This document shows, piece after piece, positions 25,855 to 37,700 of a stretch of DNA of 64,000 nt; position 1 is the stretch's first letter; each line of letters opens with the position of its first letter. Made by a program: the position numbers and the translations under genes. Below the pieces are notes generated by a model, which was given only the letters and a program-made list of their open reading frames with translations, was not told the DNA's origin and searched no databases. Origin of the DNA: Balanoglossus misakiensis (taxonomy: Eukaryota > Animalia > Hemichordata); NCBI GenBank assembly GCA_040954595.2, contig CM082577.2, positions 4,700,301 to 4,764,300 on the forward strand, written 5' to 3'.

Positions 25855-28800
25855 ATGGTAAGTCTTTTTGTTACGGTCAATTTCTACAAATGAGAACCAT
25901 CGTCATGATAAACATCCGGACTGGTTTCCATGATTATGGCGTTCATAGTAACACAGGGGCCACGTATTTTAAAACTGACAATTTGTCTATGTTATGAAAC
26001 GTTGGTGGTGCAAGACTACCATTGTGCAATTTCTACTTAACTGTGTACATTTTTCAACCTTTCCAGATGCTGTCACGGCAAAAGCCGGCCACAGGGCCCG
26101 GCTCACAAGCACCAAGCAAAGAAAAGGCCAAGAAGAAGAAGATACCAAAACTGGATGATTTCCTAGAAGCCAGGGACTATACAGGGGCAATCACTTTACT
26201 GGAGGTATTGATAAATAAGAGCAATAATCAGAAATAATCAATAACTGTGTCTGTATATGGCAGGCTAGCACTACATGCATTGTTATTGTACATGAAGACA
26301 TACATTCTCTTTGCTGTGGATGGTCACAGATGGGGGTAGTTTGTGTTCCTCTCCCCCATTATTATGGTAGTCTGTATTTATAAGGTATTACAATGTATGT
26401 ATTGTTACATGCTGAAATGATTCCCATGTCTGAATATAGAGATATGCTACAACAATAACTAATTCATGTGTGAAGTCCACTCCTTCTGTAATTACAGTAA
26501 AACACATAAGAATTAAAGATTACAAGTAAAATAGTTGATCAGTCTCCCTAGTCCCATGAGTGTCAGACAGACTCACTACATTCGGTTTGACTCACGGCAC
26601 AAATTCTTGTTTCCTGTAGTTCACCCGCAGCAGCGGTAAAAGCAACGAAGAGACGGACATGTGGATTGCATACTGCGCGTTTCACCTCGGGGAATACAAG
26701 AAGAGTATGGAGGAGTATGAACGGCTATCAAAGAATGAGGCCTGCCATCCTGACATCTGGGTCAGTCTCGGCTGTTGTTATTTCCTTCTGGGAATGTATC
26801 CGGAATCGGATCAAGTCACGTCAAAAGGTTGGTGTGCCATAAAACCTTTCATTACCACTCTACAGTGCAATGATGAAAATCCTCCCTTGCGGTCTTTAAT
26901 GGTGAGGTTTGACGCGATCAAATCATGCCAAACATTTAATTTGCATGGTTTTATAGCTGATCATTTAGTCCGTTTTCTCCAGGCTCTTCAGTACACACAT
27001 ATCACACAATAATACAATGAACATTTTCTACTTTAACATTCAACAGGTCCAAAAAGTGGTTTACAAAACAGATTACTTTTTCATCTTTCGCAAAAGGTAA
27101 GATAAACAACACTAACACTTACATGCAGGTATTCTCAAAATCCTTATCAATCTATTTCAGCCAGTATTGTTTTTTTTTAAATTTGTTTCAAAATTTGTCG
27201 GAAAGAACAAATTGTGCAAGGAAACAAGAATTTAAAAAATCAGGTCGTGGTCAGCCAGATTTCTTGAAGACCCTGGCCAATTTAACAACGAGTGACACAC
27301 TGCCTTCAGGTAGTTCCCTGCCTTAAAAACTCCCAGCTAGTAGATAACCTACATTGTTGAACACAATGTTCATTCTGTGATTTAACCCTCCCAGTTTAAC
27401 GACGAGAAAAGGTTGATGGGATACCACCAGAGCCTTCAAGACGTCATAGAAGATCAGCTCAGTCTGGCATCCATCCATTACCTTAGAAGTCACTACCAAG
27501 AAGCTATTGATATTTACAAGAGAATTTTGCTCGATAACAGGTGTGTGTGCATGCGGCCCGGTGTGTGATAACTGCGTGAACATTGATAGTAGAAACCTGG
27601 AATTCGAACCCACCATGGTACAAACAAAACCATGCTTGAAAAATGGTGATTGAACTGCTCCCCAATACTTCCAGCTGATTTTTTCCCGTTCTTTTTTTTT
27701 CACTCTCCAGAGATTACCTAGCTCTGAATGTGTACGTAGCACTGTGTTATTACAAGCTCGATTACTACGACGTCTCGCAGGAAGTCTTGGCCGTGTACCT
27801 TCAACACTATCCGGACAGCGCCATAGCGATCAACCTCAAAGCGTGCAATCATTTCCGGTTGTATAATGGCAAGGCTGCAGAGGTGAGTTGTGGCAAACAC
27901 ACAAGCCATTTTGACAAACAGAATACTGGACAGAGAATGAATGATTTCATTGGACGTACAAAATAGCTAACACAATATTTATAGCCTTTCTTATATTTGA
28001 TCTAAGGAAGATTTTCATCATTACCTTCTCTTTTGTTTTCATGCAGGCTGAACTGAAGAGCCTCCAAGAAATGGCCTCTCCATCATTCGACTTTGCAAAC
28101 GACCTTATCAAGCATAATCTGGTAAGCAATCTATCCCAGTCAATTGTCCAATTTAACCCAAATTAAGCACCAAAGTCAAGGACAAAAACAATAAACATGA
28201 CCAGTTTCGTGTATTTCACTTGTCATAGTCTTTTGTTTTCATTTATTGTCATCATGCGACTTCTTTGGTGAAATTTGTCATGGAACACTTCGGGAATCAG
28301 TACTAGGCCTGTATCAGCTGTTTGTAGACTGTGGCAATAATAGGTGTTTTTGATTTCTAGTGTCGGTTGTTGCATCTTCGTCCCCAGGGTCCTGATATCT
28401 GATTCATTTTGAAAGTGAGTCAAATTGCGGAATGTGATAATAGATTCCCAACAGTTGCATGCATGAATTCCACAATGCTATAAAACTGACTTCATCTGTC
28501 CGGCAATGCTCAGGTCGTGTTCCGTGGAGGCGAAGGAGCCTTGCAAGTACTGCCACCACTGATAGATGTCATCCCTGAAGCCAGACTTAATCTCGTCATC
28601 TACTACCTCAAGCAAGGTTGGTTTTCTGTCACTGACTCCCTCAAATCCCCCACTGTAGTGTAGCGTTTGCGTACAGTCATTGATTCAACCCGACGATTTG
28701 TCTAGAGAAGTTTTGTCGAACAGGAGGGTAATCTCTTTTGCGGAAGAGTGCCATCCAAGATATATGAATACAATCTGGAACTATTTAGAATAACCAAACA

Positions 28801-31385
28801 TGGGCTATTGTAAATTGCTTTTTGGCTGTTACTATATATTAGCAATTATAGAATGAAAAGTGTTTGAAGGAAAGTTGGTATATTTTCATCTTCTAGACGT
28901 GTTCCTCCACAGATCTCATGATATAGTTGTTCTTTTAATCTGTTTACAGATGACGTACAGGAGGCGTACAACTTGATCAAAGAGTTAGAACCAACCACAC
29001 CACAGGAATACATACTGAAAGGTGTGGTTAATGCTGCTTTGGGACAAGAACAAGGATCAGTAAGTTTAACCCTTTCAGTCCCCGTTTACCTCTGCAGTGA
29101 ATTGGACCAAACCGTGATGGAGAAAGGGTTTATGCTGAAATGATCATCGTGTAGTTGGTAAACTGGAAATCAGCAGGTGGATACGGGATAACCCCCAGAG
29201 CTAAATGCAGTAAAAGTTGTTTCACTTCTACATGTACTTCAATTTTGATGACAAAGACTTGAACTGCACATGGGTAGAAAAGTTTGCAAGAGAAAGCTTT
29301 TATGCACAGTTTGTGGCAGAACAACAAGGGCTGGATTAGTCATTTGACCCACCTTTGACGATCTGTTCATTTGCAGAGGGAACATCTCAAGATAGCTCAA
29401 CAGTACTTCCAGTTGGTTGGAGGCTCAGCAAGTGAATGTGGTATGTCTCTCTTTCGTTCAGTTGTCATTGCATTTAGAATAATGAATTTTCGATTGTATG
29501 TTATTTCCTATCTTCTCACCTGTATATTTACATTGCATTGTGTTAATTACGTGCTGTGCATACTCCTGAACAGAAAAGGTTTCCTCAGTCTCTCCTTGAC
29601 ATTTAGCAAAACTTGCTACAATGCAGTCCTGTGTTATTAAATGTATGATTGAAAATTTTGTTGTTGTTTTCTACTTAGATACAATACCTGGCAGGCAATG
29701 CATGGCCTCCTGTTTCTTTTTACTGAAACAGTTTGAAGATGTGCTTATTTATCTGAATTCTGTCAAGGTGAGTTTCTTGATATCTTTGCGGTCACATTTA
29801 TGTACAGTAAGATTTTAATCAGAGTCATTAATTTGAATTTGATCGATCCTAATAAATGTCCAATGATTGACACCTTGTGTTGATAGAATATTTATGTGAC
29901 TTGTTGCATATCTTCTCATCCTACCACAGAGCTATTTTTACAACGATGATTTATTCAACTTTAACTACGCGCAAGCCAAAGCCAGCGTTGGTAATTACAA
30001 AGAAGCTGAGGAGGTGAGTATTAACAAACAAAACTTGTCAAACTTGGAGAGCTTGATGTCATTAATTCGCCCCCACTAAGAGTAGGTGACCAAGATATAA
30101 AGGAAGGAAACGTTCCCTGCAGTGTAGATGCTACAGCGAAATTGGTGGTCCGATCAGGTTGCAAAATAAAACATCCCTTCAGTGCCACTCCCTTCCTTTA
30201 TTTATTCACTTACGCCATGTTGACTTTTTTCTTGTGTCAGGTTTTCATGTTGATTCAGAACGAGAAGATCAAGAATGACTACAACTACCTGAGTTGGTTG
30301 GCTAGATGCTGTGAGTTCAGTAATGTTATTAGTGAAAGAAAAGGAGATAGTTTTGTATATCGTCCGGTAGTAATTTCTTCACTCTAGTCACACCCTTGAT
30401 GGTGTTCACCATAAGTAGAAGAAAGCGAAATGAAAACCATATCATTGTGCGTATCATTTCAGACATCATGAACAGAAAGGCACGCTTGGCCTGGGAGCTT
30501 TATCTGAAGATGGAAACGTCGGGAGAATCCTTCAGTTTACTTCAACTGATTGCAAATGATTGCTACAAGGTCAGTCTGACGTAGGACACTCATGAAGTCT
30601 TCCCCCTAAAAGAGGGGAAAATATAACACTTCATGTCACAAATATTTTCCAGTCCTGCTGCCACCGTCCCATTAATACTCGTATTTTTATATGTTCATAT
30701 ATTTTACTATTTGATATACCATGTACTCAGTGTTCTAGCTGAACCGATTTTATTCATTCCGGACCACTGAATGTGCTCCACTAACAATTTACTTCACGTT
30801 TCTTGTTTCCATTGTTAGATGGGTCAGTTTTACTATGCTGCCAAGGCGTTTGATGTGTTGGAACGTCTGGATACAAACCCGGAATACTGGGAGGGCAAAC
30901 GTGGTGCGTGTGTCGGAATTTTCCAACTGATCATTGCAGGACATGAACCAAGGTAAAGTCTACAGTAGTTGGTCATACCATACAAGACAATACAGTGCAA
31001 TACAGCAATATACAATACAATGATATTATATAACACAATAAAATACAGTTACCTACAAAACATTACAATACAATACAATACAGTGCAAGCAACATGATAC
31101 AATACAACTAAACAATACTGTACAATACAGTACAGTACAACCCTGAATAACACGAAACATCACAATACAAGACATGTGTACCATGAAATATGATTAAAAC
31201 AAAACTATTTCCTCGGTATAAAACAAAAACAACTGTTTCAAGTTTTGCCTTTTTTTCCTCCCCTCATCAGAGAAACACTGCGGGATGTACTGCAGATTCT
31301 GCGCAACACCAGCAACCCACAGGTGGAGTACATCATGAGAACGATGAAGAAATGGGCAAAGGACAACCGAGTACCCATCCAGTGA
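25855..31385 (+). CDS. TTC26: Intraflagellar transport protein 56 (TPR protein 26)
   Basis: ATG-only first coding exon (25855-25857, followed by GTAAGT), then [30 protein letters not shown] from 26067. Later exons give [81 protein letters not shown]|[30 protein letters not shown], ending [12 protein letters not shown]. About 16 coding exons. Confidence 0.96.
29070..29128. mobile_element. piggyBac-like MITE, internally deleted copy
   Basis: TTAA|CCCTTTCAG...GGACCAAACC..GAGAAAGGG|TTTA. Confidence 0.6.
30985..31140. repeat. Degenerate (ATACA)n pentanucleotide repeat, intronic
   Basis: Direct reading. Confidence 0.8.
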
Positions 31386-32698
31386 TACAAACAAACAAGA
31401 GCAGATCTTCACAACGTAAACAGGGCAACCAATCCCAAGACAACACAACCATTCGACATGGTAGTGGGCCCAAACACTGGCAATCTTCCAAATTACTTTT
31501 TGCTGCATGGTTGCACCTTCGCTGGTATATTGTTGTACATTGCTTGTGCGAGAGATGTACTATAAACCCCCGGTACATTACTTGCGCTCTGTGGCAGCAG
31601 AAAAGTGGCGGAGATGGTGAATGCTGCTTGCTGTTACTGTTCAAAACTTTGCCGTCCAATGTGGAAATGTACTTACTCATTCCGGACTTGTGTATATACC
31701 ACTTAACCTTTTAAAAACACAAATCAGTGTAATATTTTGCATTTTTATCGTTGTAAATATTTGAAAACATAAAAAGTTTTCCTTGCCCTCTTCGTAATAT
31801 CTAGTCTTTTTGACATAAAGGACTGGTGTGTTAAAATGTTACCTGTTGGTATCGATTGTAAGTCTTACAATTTTTCATCCATTGTATACAATGAGAAAAA
31901 ATTATACAAATGAAAAATATGAGAAATGTGGTATATATATATCTATAAACACATACTTTTTTTGTTTTTGTTTTTTAATGCTGTAATCTTATGTATATTA
32001 ATGCAATAGTGTCTATATCTGCAAGTCAAGATGTACAAGAAAAAAAGTTCTGTGTTTTTGAAAATAAAAAAAAATATTTTCAAAACTGCCTGGTGACTTT
32101 AATAAGGTGCTGTAATGTTGCCATTGTTATCGATGTTGTAATCTGCTCTTCCAATCAGTTTGTATTTGGAACCAAGTCACTCTTTAGAAAAAGTACAAAT
32201 TTCACTGTGAAAGATTTCAATAGCATCCGGAACAATACTCCGAACAAATTAAGTGTCCCGAAGCCAAACAGCGGTAACCTCTTTGATTGTAGTTTTGTGG
32301 TCATATTGTACATTCCAAACCTTTGCTCTGGAACATTTTTCCTTCTGGAACAATGCAGCGAGCAAATTAAGTCTTCAGAAGGACATCTGCGGTAACCTTT
32401 CGATCTTGTATCGCGGCGTGTCTACGTACAATACCGGCACACACTGCGTTTCCGTAACCATGCCAACATGCACCGCGGAATGGTGACCCAAATTAAAGCT
32501 GACAACTACGGCTATCGGGTTTTGGATGTTTTGCTCACTGTAGCATCGGCTGTTTCCATTCTTGTCTCAATGGAAGTATGTTATGAGCTGGCCAAGTCGA
32601 TTGCTCGCTTAATATTCGCCAGACATCGTTGGGGTAAGTTCACCCGAACGAGATGATGAGGGGAGATCTCACCAGAGAAAAGACCGGTGGCCAATAGC

Positions 32699-32926
32699 TC
32701 AGACCAACGCGTTGGACCCACTACACACCCGCTTGTCGTCCCCACACAGCAACACGATGGGCACAGCACAGAAACACCAGTACTTGCAGAAGGACTGCGC
32801 CTGGTCGGCCGAGCAGATGCAGTACAGCGTGCAGAACAAAAATGCGCCCATCGCAAGATATCCTCCAAGTACTCCAACGATCACCGCAATGACGTTGAGT
32901 TCCGTCTCGGTGAAGTACTCGGGCAT
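32699..32926 (-). CDS. Putative 75-aa single-pass, cysteine-rich membrane microprotein
   Basis: MPEYFTETELNVIAVIVGVLGGYLAMGAFLFCTLYCICSADQAQSFCKYWCFCAVPIVLLCGDDKRVCSGSNALV*. AACCATG start context and GC-rich coding-like composition. Upstream AG acceptor near 32946 and a GTAAG donor near 33293 suggest a spliced 5' UTR. Confidence 0.6.
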   Translation of the reverse strand: MPEYFTETELNVIAVIVGVLGGYLAMGAFLFCTLYCICSADQAQSFCKYWCFCAVPIVLLCGDDKRVCSGSNALV

Positions 32927-34765
32927 GGTTTTCCTTTCCGCTTTTCTGGTTGAAATCAAATTGGACATACAGAAGCAATATCATCAAACTTGTTTTTGAC
33001 ATTCAGTATTTTTGGACGAAGTCAATCTTCCATGTTCGAACGAAACTCTTGGCTTCACCTAGATGGAAACAGTTTGACATAATAAACCTGCAATGTCAAT
33101 CTCCCTAAATATTTTTAATTGCAGTGTGAAGACCAGTATGGCAGTCAGTTTCTCAAACTCTCAGTGATTTAGTGATTTCACAAGGAATAATTCGATGTAA
33201 GCTTCCACTGGGTAATCACTGGTGAAATTATGTTACTGTTTGTTAATATAGCTGCACGAAAAAGTGAAGGAAAAAAGTCAATTTGTTTTCTTACCTGTGA
33301 TTTGTGCTCATCCGCATTTAAAATACTTGTGTCGAAAACGAAAAAAATTAATCTAAGCTGACAGGACAGGACAATACCGTTGTATGACTTTCTTATGTCA
33401 TTAATACTGTCATGTAGACTGGTGAAGATCTTTAATACCTGTATGTGTGCCGACAAAGTCTCAACCATTTATCTGGCAGGGGAGATCAGCGTCGGTGGGT
33501 TCGAGGGACATTATAAAAATATTTTGAAATTACGTGACTTTACTCTCATCTAATTCCTTACTAACCGTCTTTAATATTTATAGATAATTTCAATATATAT
33601 TCGCAGCTGGTATTACCATCTCCACCCCAACCTCCCACCCCACCCCTACCCATCCTCAACAATATGAAACAGGCTGGCCACCCTTGCCAAATTACCATGC
33701 TGCACGAGGCGTTGCAGAGGCTGGGAATATTTTTTCCGGAACACAATTAGTGAATGCAACTGGTTTCCGTCCGTCCGGTCTTTCGTCTGCAGCTGCTGCA
33801 AAAGACGTCATTGAATCATAAACCAGTTATTAGCCACGGAGGTATTACATCATTGAACGGAAGAATTACATCTCAAAATATGTGGGTAAACAGCTAAGGA
33901 TGCTGTTATATATCTATATGCAACCAGGTGTATGTTTGCTGGAGTAAACGACACATCGGGACGACAAACCCCTGTGGCTGGTGTGGGGAAACCCCGGGAG
34001 AACTTGGTGCGTGCATGGTGGGCCAGTAGACACATGGGAGAGAGAATGGCCCAATCCGCTGCACCATCCTTGGAGATGTGTAATTGCACTCAGCTGAACT
34101 AAAGTGTGTTGACTAATCATAACCCATCTGTTTATCAGCAAAGGGAAAGTTACCAGGGTAAGTTGACAAGTGGTCCAAAATTCTTAGTTAAGATAATTTC
34201 GCATATAGTTTTTTTTATGAAGTCCCTGACCATTAGTTTTTTTTCGCGTCCAATCAGTGATTGCACAGAATGTATAATGCGTAAGTTTGTGCAATCCTAG
34301 GTGCGTTGATTTGAATAAAAGGGAAAAAGTTCGTTTACATCTTTACTCAGCAGTAGCAGAAGAAAATCTACTTCGCAATAAACGACCGACTGGTATGAAA
34401 ATGTCTTCTCAAGGACGCCCTCTTGAGTCGACACTGGCTTGTCCTTAACATTTGAGACCTTGGGGTCGGCGCAGATCACCGCTGACTGCGCTCTTTTTAT
34501 ACGTTGCGTCGCGTTGATAGACATTGATGTGTTGAATGATACTGTCTGCTGTACCCAGTCACATAGTCATCATCATACCGATGCAGAATCAATTGCAAAA
34601 TCATCGTAAACCTTGTTGATAAGAGACTATTTAGCAGACACAAGACTGTCGCTGATTATAATATCAATCCCGTCCGACATCCGAGCGCGCTCAATTCGAA
34701 GCAAGGGCTTTTTCCCCCGGTCAAAATTCCTGCGAAGTGAGCTTCTTTGATTATCACCCAACACC

Positions 34766-37700
34766 ATGGCAACGGTGAGTAACGTAGCTGTTCCTGCTGT
34801 CATACTCGTAGACGGCGTGATACTAACTGCAGCATGGATATGTTTATGCGCTTGGTTGTCAACGGTCATGCTTTGTTCATTGCTGTGGCATGGGTTTTGT
34901 TGTCCGATTGATCGTTTTTCGGGTCGGGTTCACAAGAACAGAAAGGAATATTGACATGTTTTACTTTCGGCATTATGGTGCCGTTATTATCACTCGAGAA
35001 TATTAAGGTCAATGTAGCGTCATCTTATCTGTCGAGCAAGGAGCAATATACATGTATATAAACGTCCGTCTGTGGTTTCACGGTTGTGTTTCCCCCATCG
35101 TGGTCAATCCTTGTTGCGGCCAAAATGTATGGCAAAGCATATTCGCCAGGTGAAATAGGACGAGAACAACCGTAGCCCCACAGCGGGGAAATTGTGTACG
35201 TACACTGAACACTAGGACACGGGGAGACTTGCTTGATAGATGTAATCAGTCAAAATGTAAGCTTTGCTAAAATTATAGATATCGTAATAGCACCGTACGC
35301 CTTACGTGCAAACACCCTAGTAGCTTGTGTTCTGAACAAACAAGCAAACCATGCTATCTCAACGCAAACAACACACGAGTCCGTGAAGGGACACAGGGAG
35401 CGATTTTTCAATGACATTCTGTATGTCAAAGGAACCATTGAGAATGGACATTTCAATGAATGGGTTGTGGGTGGTACCGTGTAAGATCTCAGCCAGAACC
35501 AGACTGTTGTGGGGCCGCTGTTTTGACAACCTGGTTGTTAAACAAACCACTTGGGAAAGAATACATGGGATGGGAGGCATGGAGGTTACACCACCAGTTA
35601 AATTTTTATCACCCAATAACAATTACAAAGACCTGGCATTTGTTCTCAGCTGCTGCAATTAATGCTTTAAGTTTTGTGGACATTGTAAATCCTGCTTGAA
35701 AATCGTTTCCTTGCACATGAACGACCACAGCATACCGTTAAAGGTACAAGGTCACCTAGACAAATTTTGTCGCTGTTACTGAGGAAAGTTGCGATCTAGC
35801 CAATCGCAGATATTCATGGGGTTGGCCACCTGGGAAAAAATTGTCTCCAAATGGTCATTCAGAAATTTTGACACATCTGTTTAACTATAATATATGAGCA
35901 TATGTAAATTCTTCGATATCAAATGACGTCAGACGCTCTCGGGCGCAGTTACGTCGGCGTTCAAATTTCCAGCTGACGGGCAACTTCAGCAATTAGATCC
36001 ACTTGGTCTAGAATTATGGGGGAAATGGGGGGGGGGGGATGTGTGAAAATGATGAAAATTTTGCACCACATCATTTGACAGCGAAATATGCGGCATTCAA
36101 AGGTTTATTTCTCCCACATTGCATTGACATTCTTCATATACTTCTGCGTTTGATTTTCACTGCAGGAGAAGAATGGCCAGAAGCACACCATACGGGTCTT
36201 CTTCAGTTCTCCGTTCGGCGGCCTGGAGAGAGAGCGAGAAGAGCTGACCAAGAAATACTGGCCGCAGCTGTCCAGCATGTGCAGCAAGGCCGGATACGAG
36301 TTCATTCCGGTCGACCTCAGGTGGGGAATCACCACCGAGATCTCCACCAGTGCCGGAACAGTGGAGGTGTGCCTACGCCAGATGGATATATCGGATATGA
36401 TTGTTGGATTCTTTGGACAGGTAACTTGGGTGAACATGTGGGGGGGGGGGGGGTGTTGTCAAGGAAAATGGAAAGCTTAGCCCACGAAATTTTTCTTGCG
36501 TACATTCCTATTTTAAAGAAATTAGAATGGTGGAGTTAAACTTTGAACAAAAGTGCTTTATTCCTGTATTAACAAAATGTGAATTTTTGTTTTATAGCGG
36601 TATGGCTGGCACGGTGACAATGAATTGTTGCAGAAATCTATCGACAGAGCCGCAGAAAAATATCCATGGCTGGAAAATTACAGAGAGAAATCTGTGACAG
36701 AAATGGAGTTCTTACACGGGCATCTCAATAATCCTGGTGCGCGACCTGCATGTTTCTTCTTTAGAGACAAGGTGAGGTGATGGCTGTTGTACATGTTGCA
36801 AGTCAATTTTGATTCAACGGGAGCGCACTGCCAGTGCAGCTATTTTGTAGAACAATATCCCTATTGATCGTAGTGTTCAGAGCTTGCCATTGGAGGATAT
36901 TGTAGGTTGAACACCTGGCATTGGCCACAGACTCACTGTATAGGAAGAAGGGGAGTTCAAGACCCGGGCATGGCCGCGATGTTACATGCCCCTGAGCTGT
37001 ACGTTGAGCAAGGAACTTCTTCTCATCGCTCCTGCCTTGATCAGGAGTGATATGGGTACCACGTCCTGTAAGTGGGGTCTACGTGGCCCGTTGGACGATC
37101 GACACATGGAATAAAATAAAGGAAAAGAAACCATTTTATTTCTCCGTCTTCATCAGGCGTACGATGATGAGCAGCTGGCAAAGTATGAGGCTGCGGGAAA
37201 TGAAGGCGAGGCCAGAAAATACCGATCAGCGACCGACGGACCAAACGCGGCGGAACACCTCACTGACCTCAAGAGAAGGGTCAAAGAGACAGAGGAGAAG
37301 GTAAAAACAGGAAAGGAGTGAGCCCGGCACAGAGCTCATGTCAAAAGGCACTAAAAGTCTGGCCTTTGTTTCATATGGCAAGGTGTTTCGGTTTTTTTGT
37401 CATGGATAATAAGAGGATCTATTGTGTGGGATAGCGCCCTCTAGGACAAAATAAATTGATATCTTTGTTTTTATTACTAACTTCAGTGTCTGCAGGTAGT
37501 GGAGGCCTACGCGACACCAGAAGACGGAGCGAGGATGATGTTTGAGACGATAAGGCAGCATCTGAAGGAGACGTTCCTCGCGTCGCCCGTCGAGGGGATC
37601 TCGGAGTACGAGAAGGCGCTCAGGGACCACACAACTTTCTACAAGAGCCGGCTCGGAGTCGGAGTGGACCAGGAGTACATCGGCGGGGAGTGCTACTTGC

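Noticed and set aside
31190-32395. ORFs of 104-174 aa downstream of TTC26
   Set aside because: They are off-frame or 3'-UTR sequence with no domain signal. The real TTC26 frame stops at 31385.
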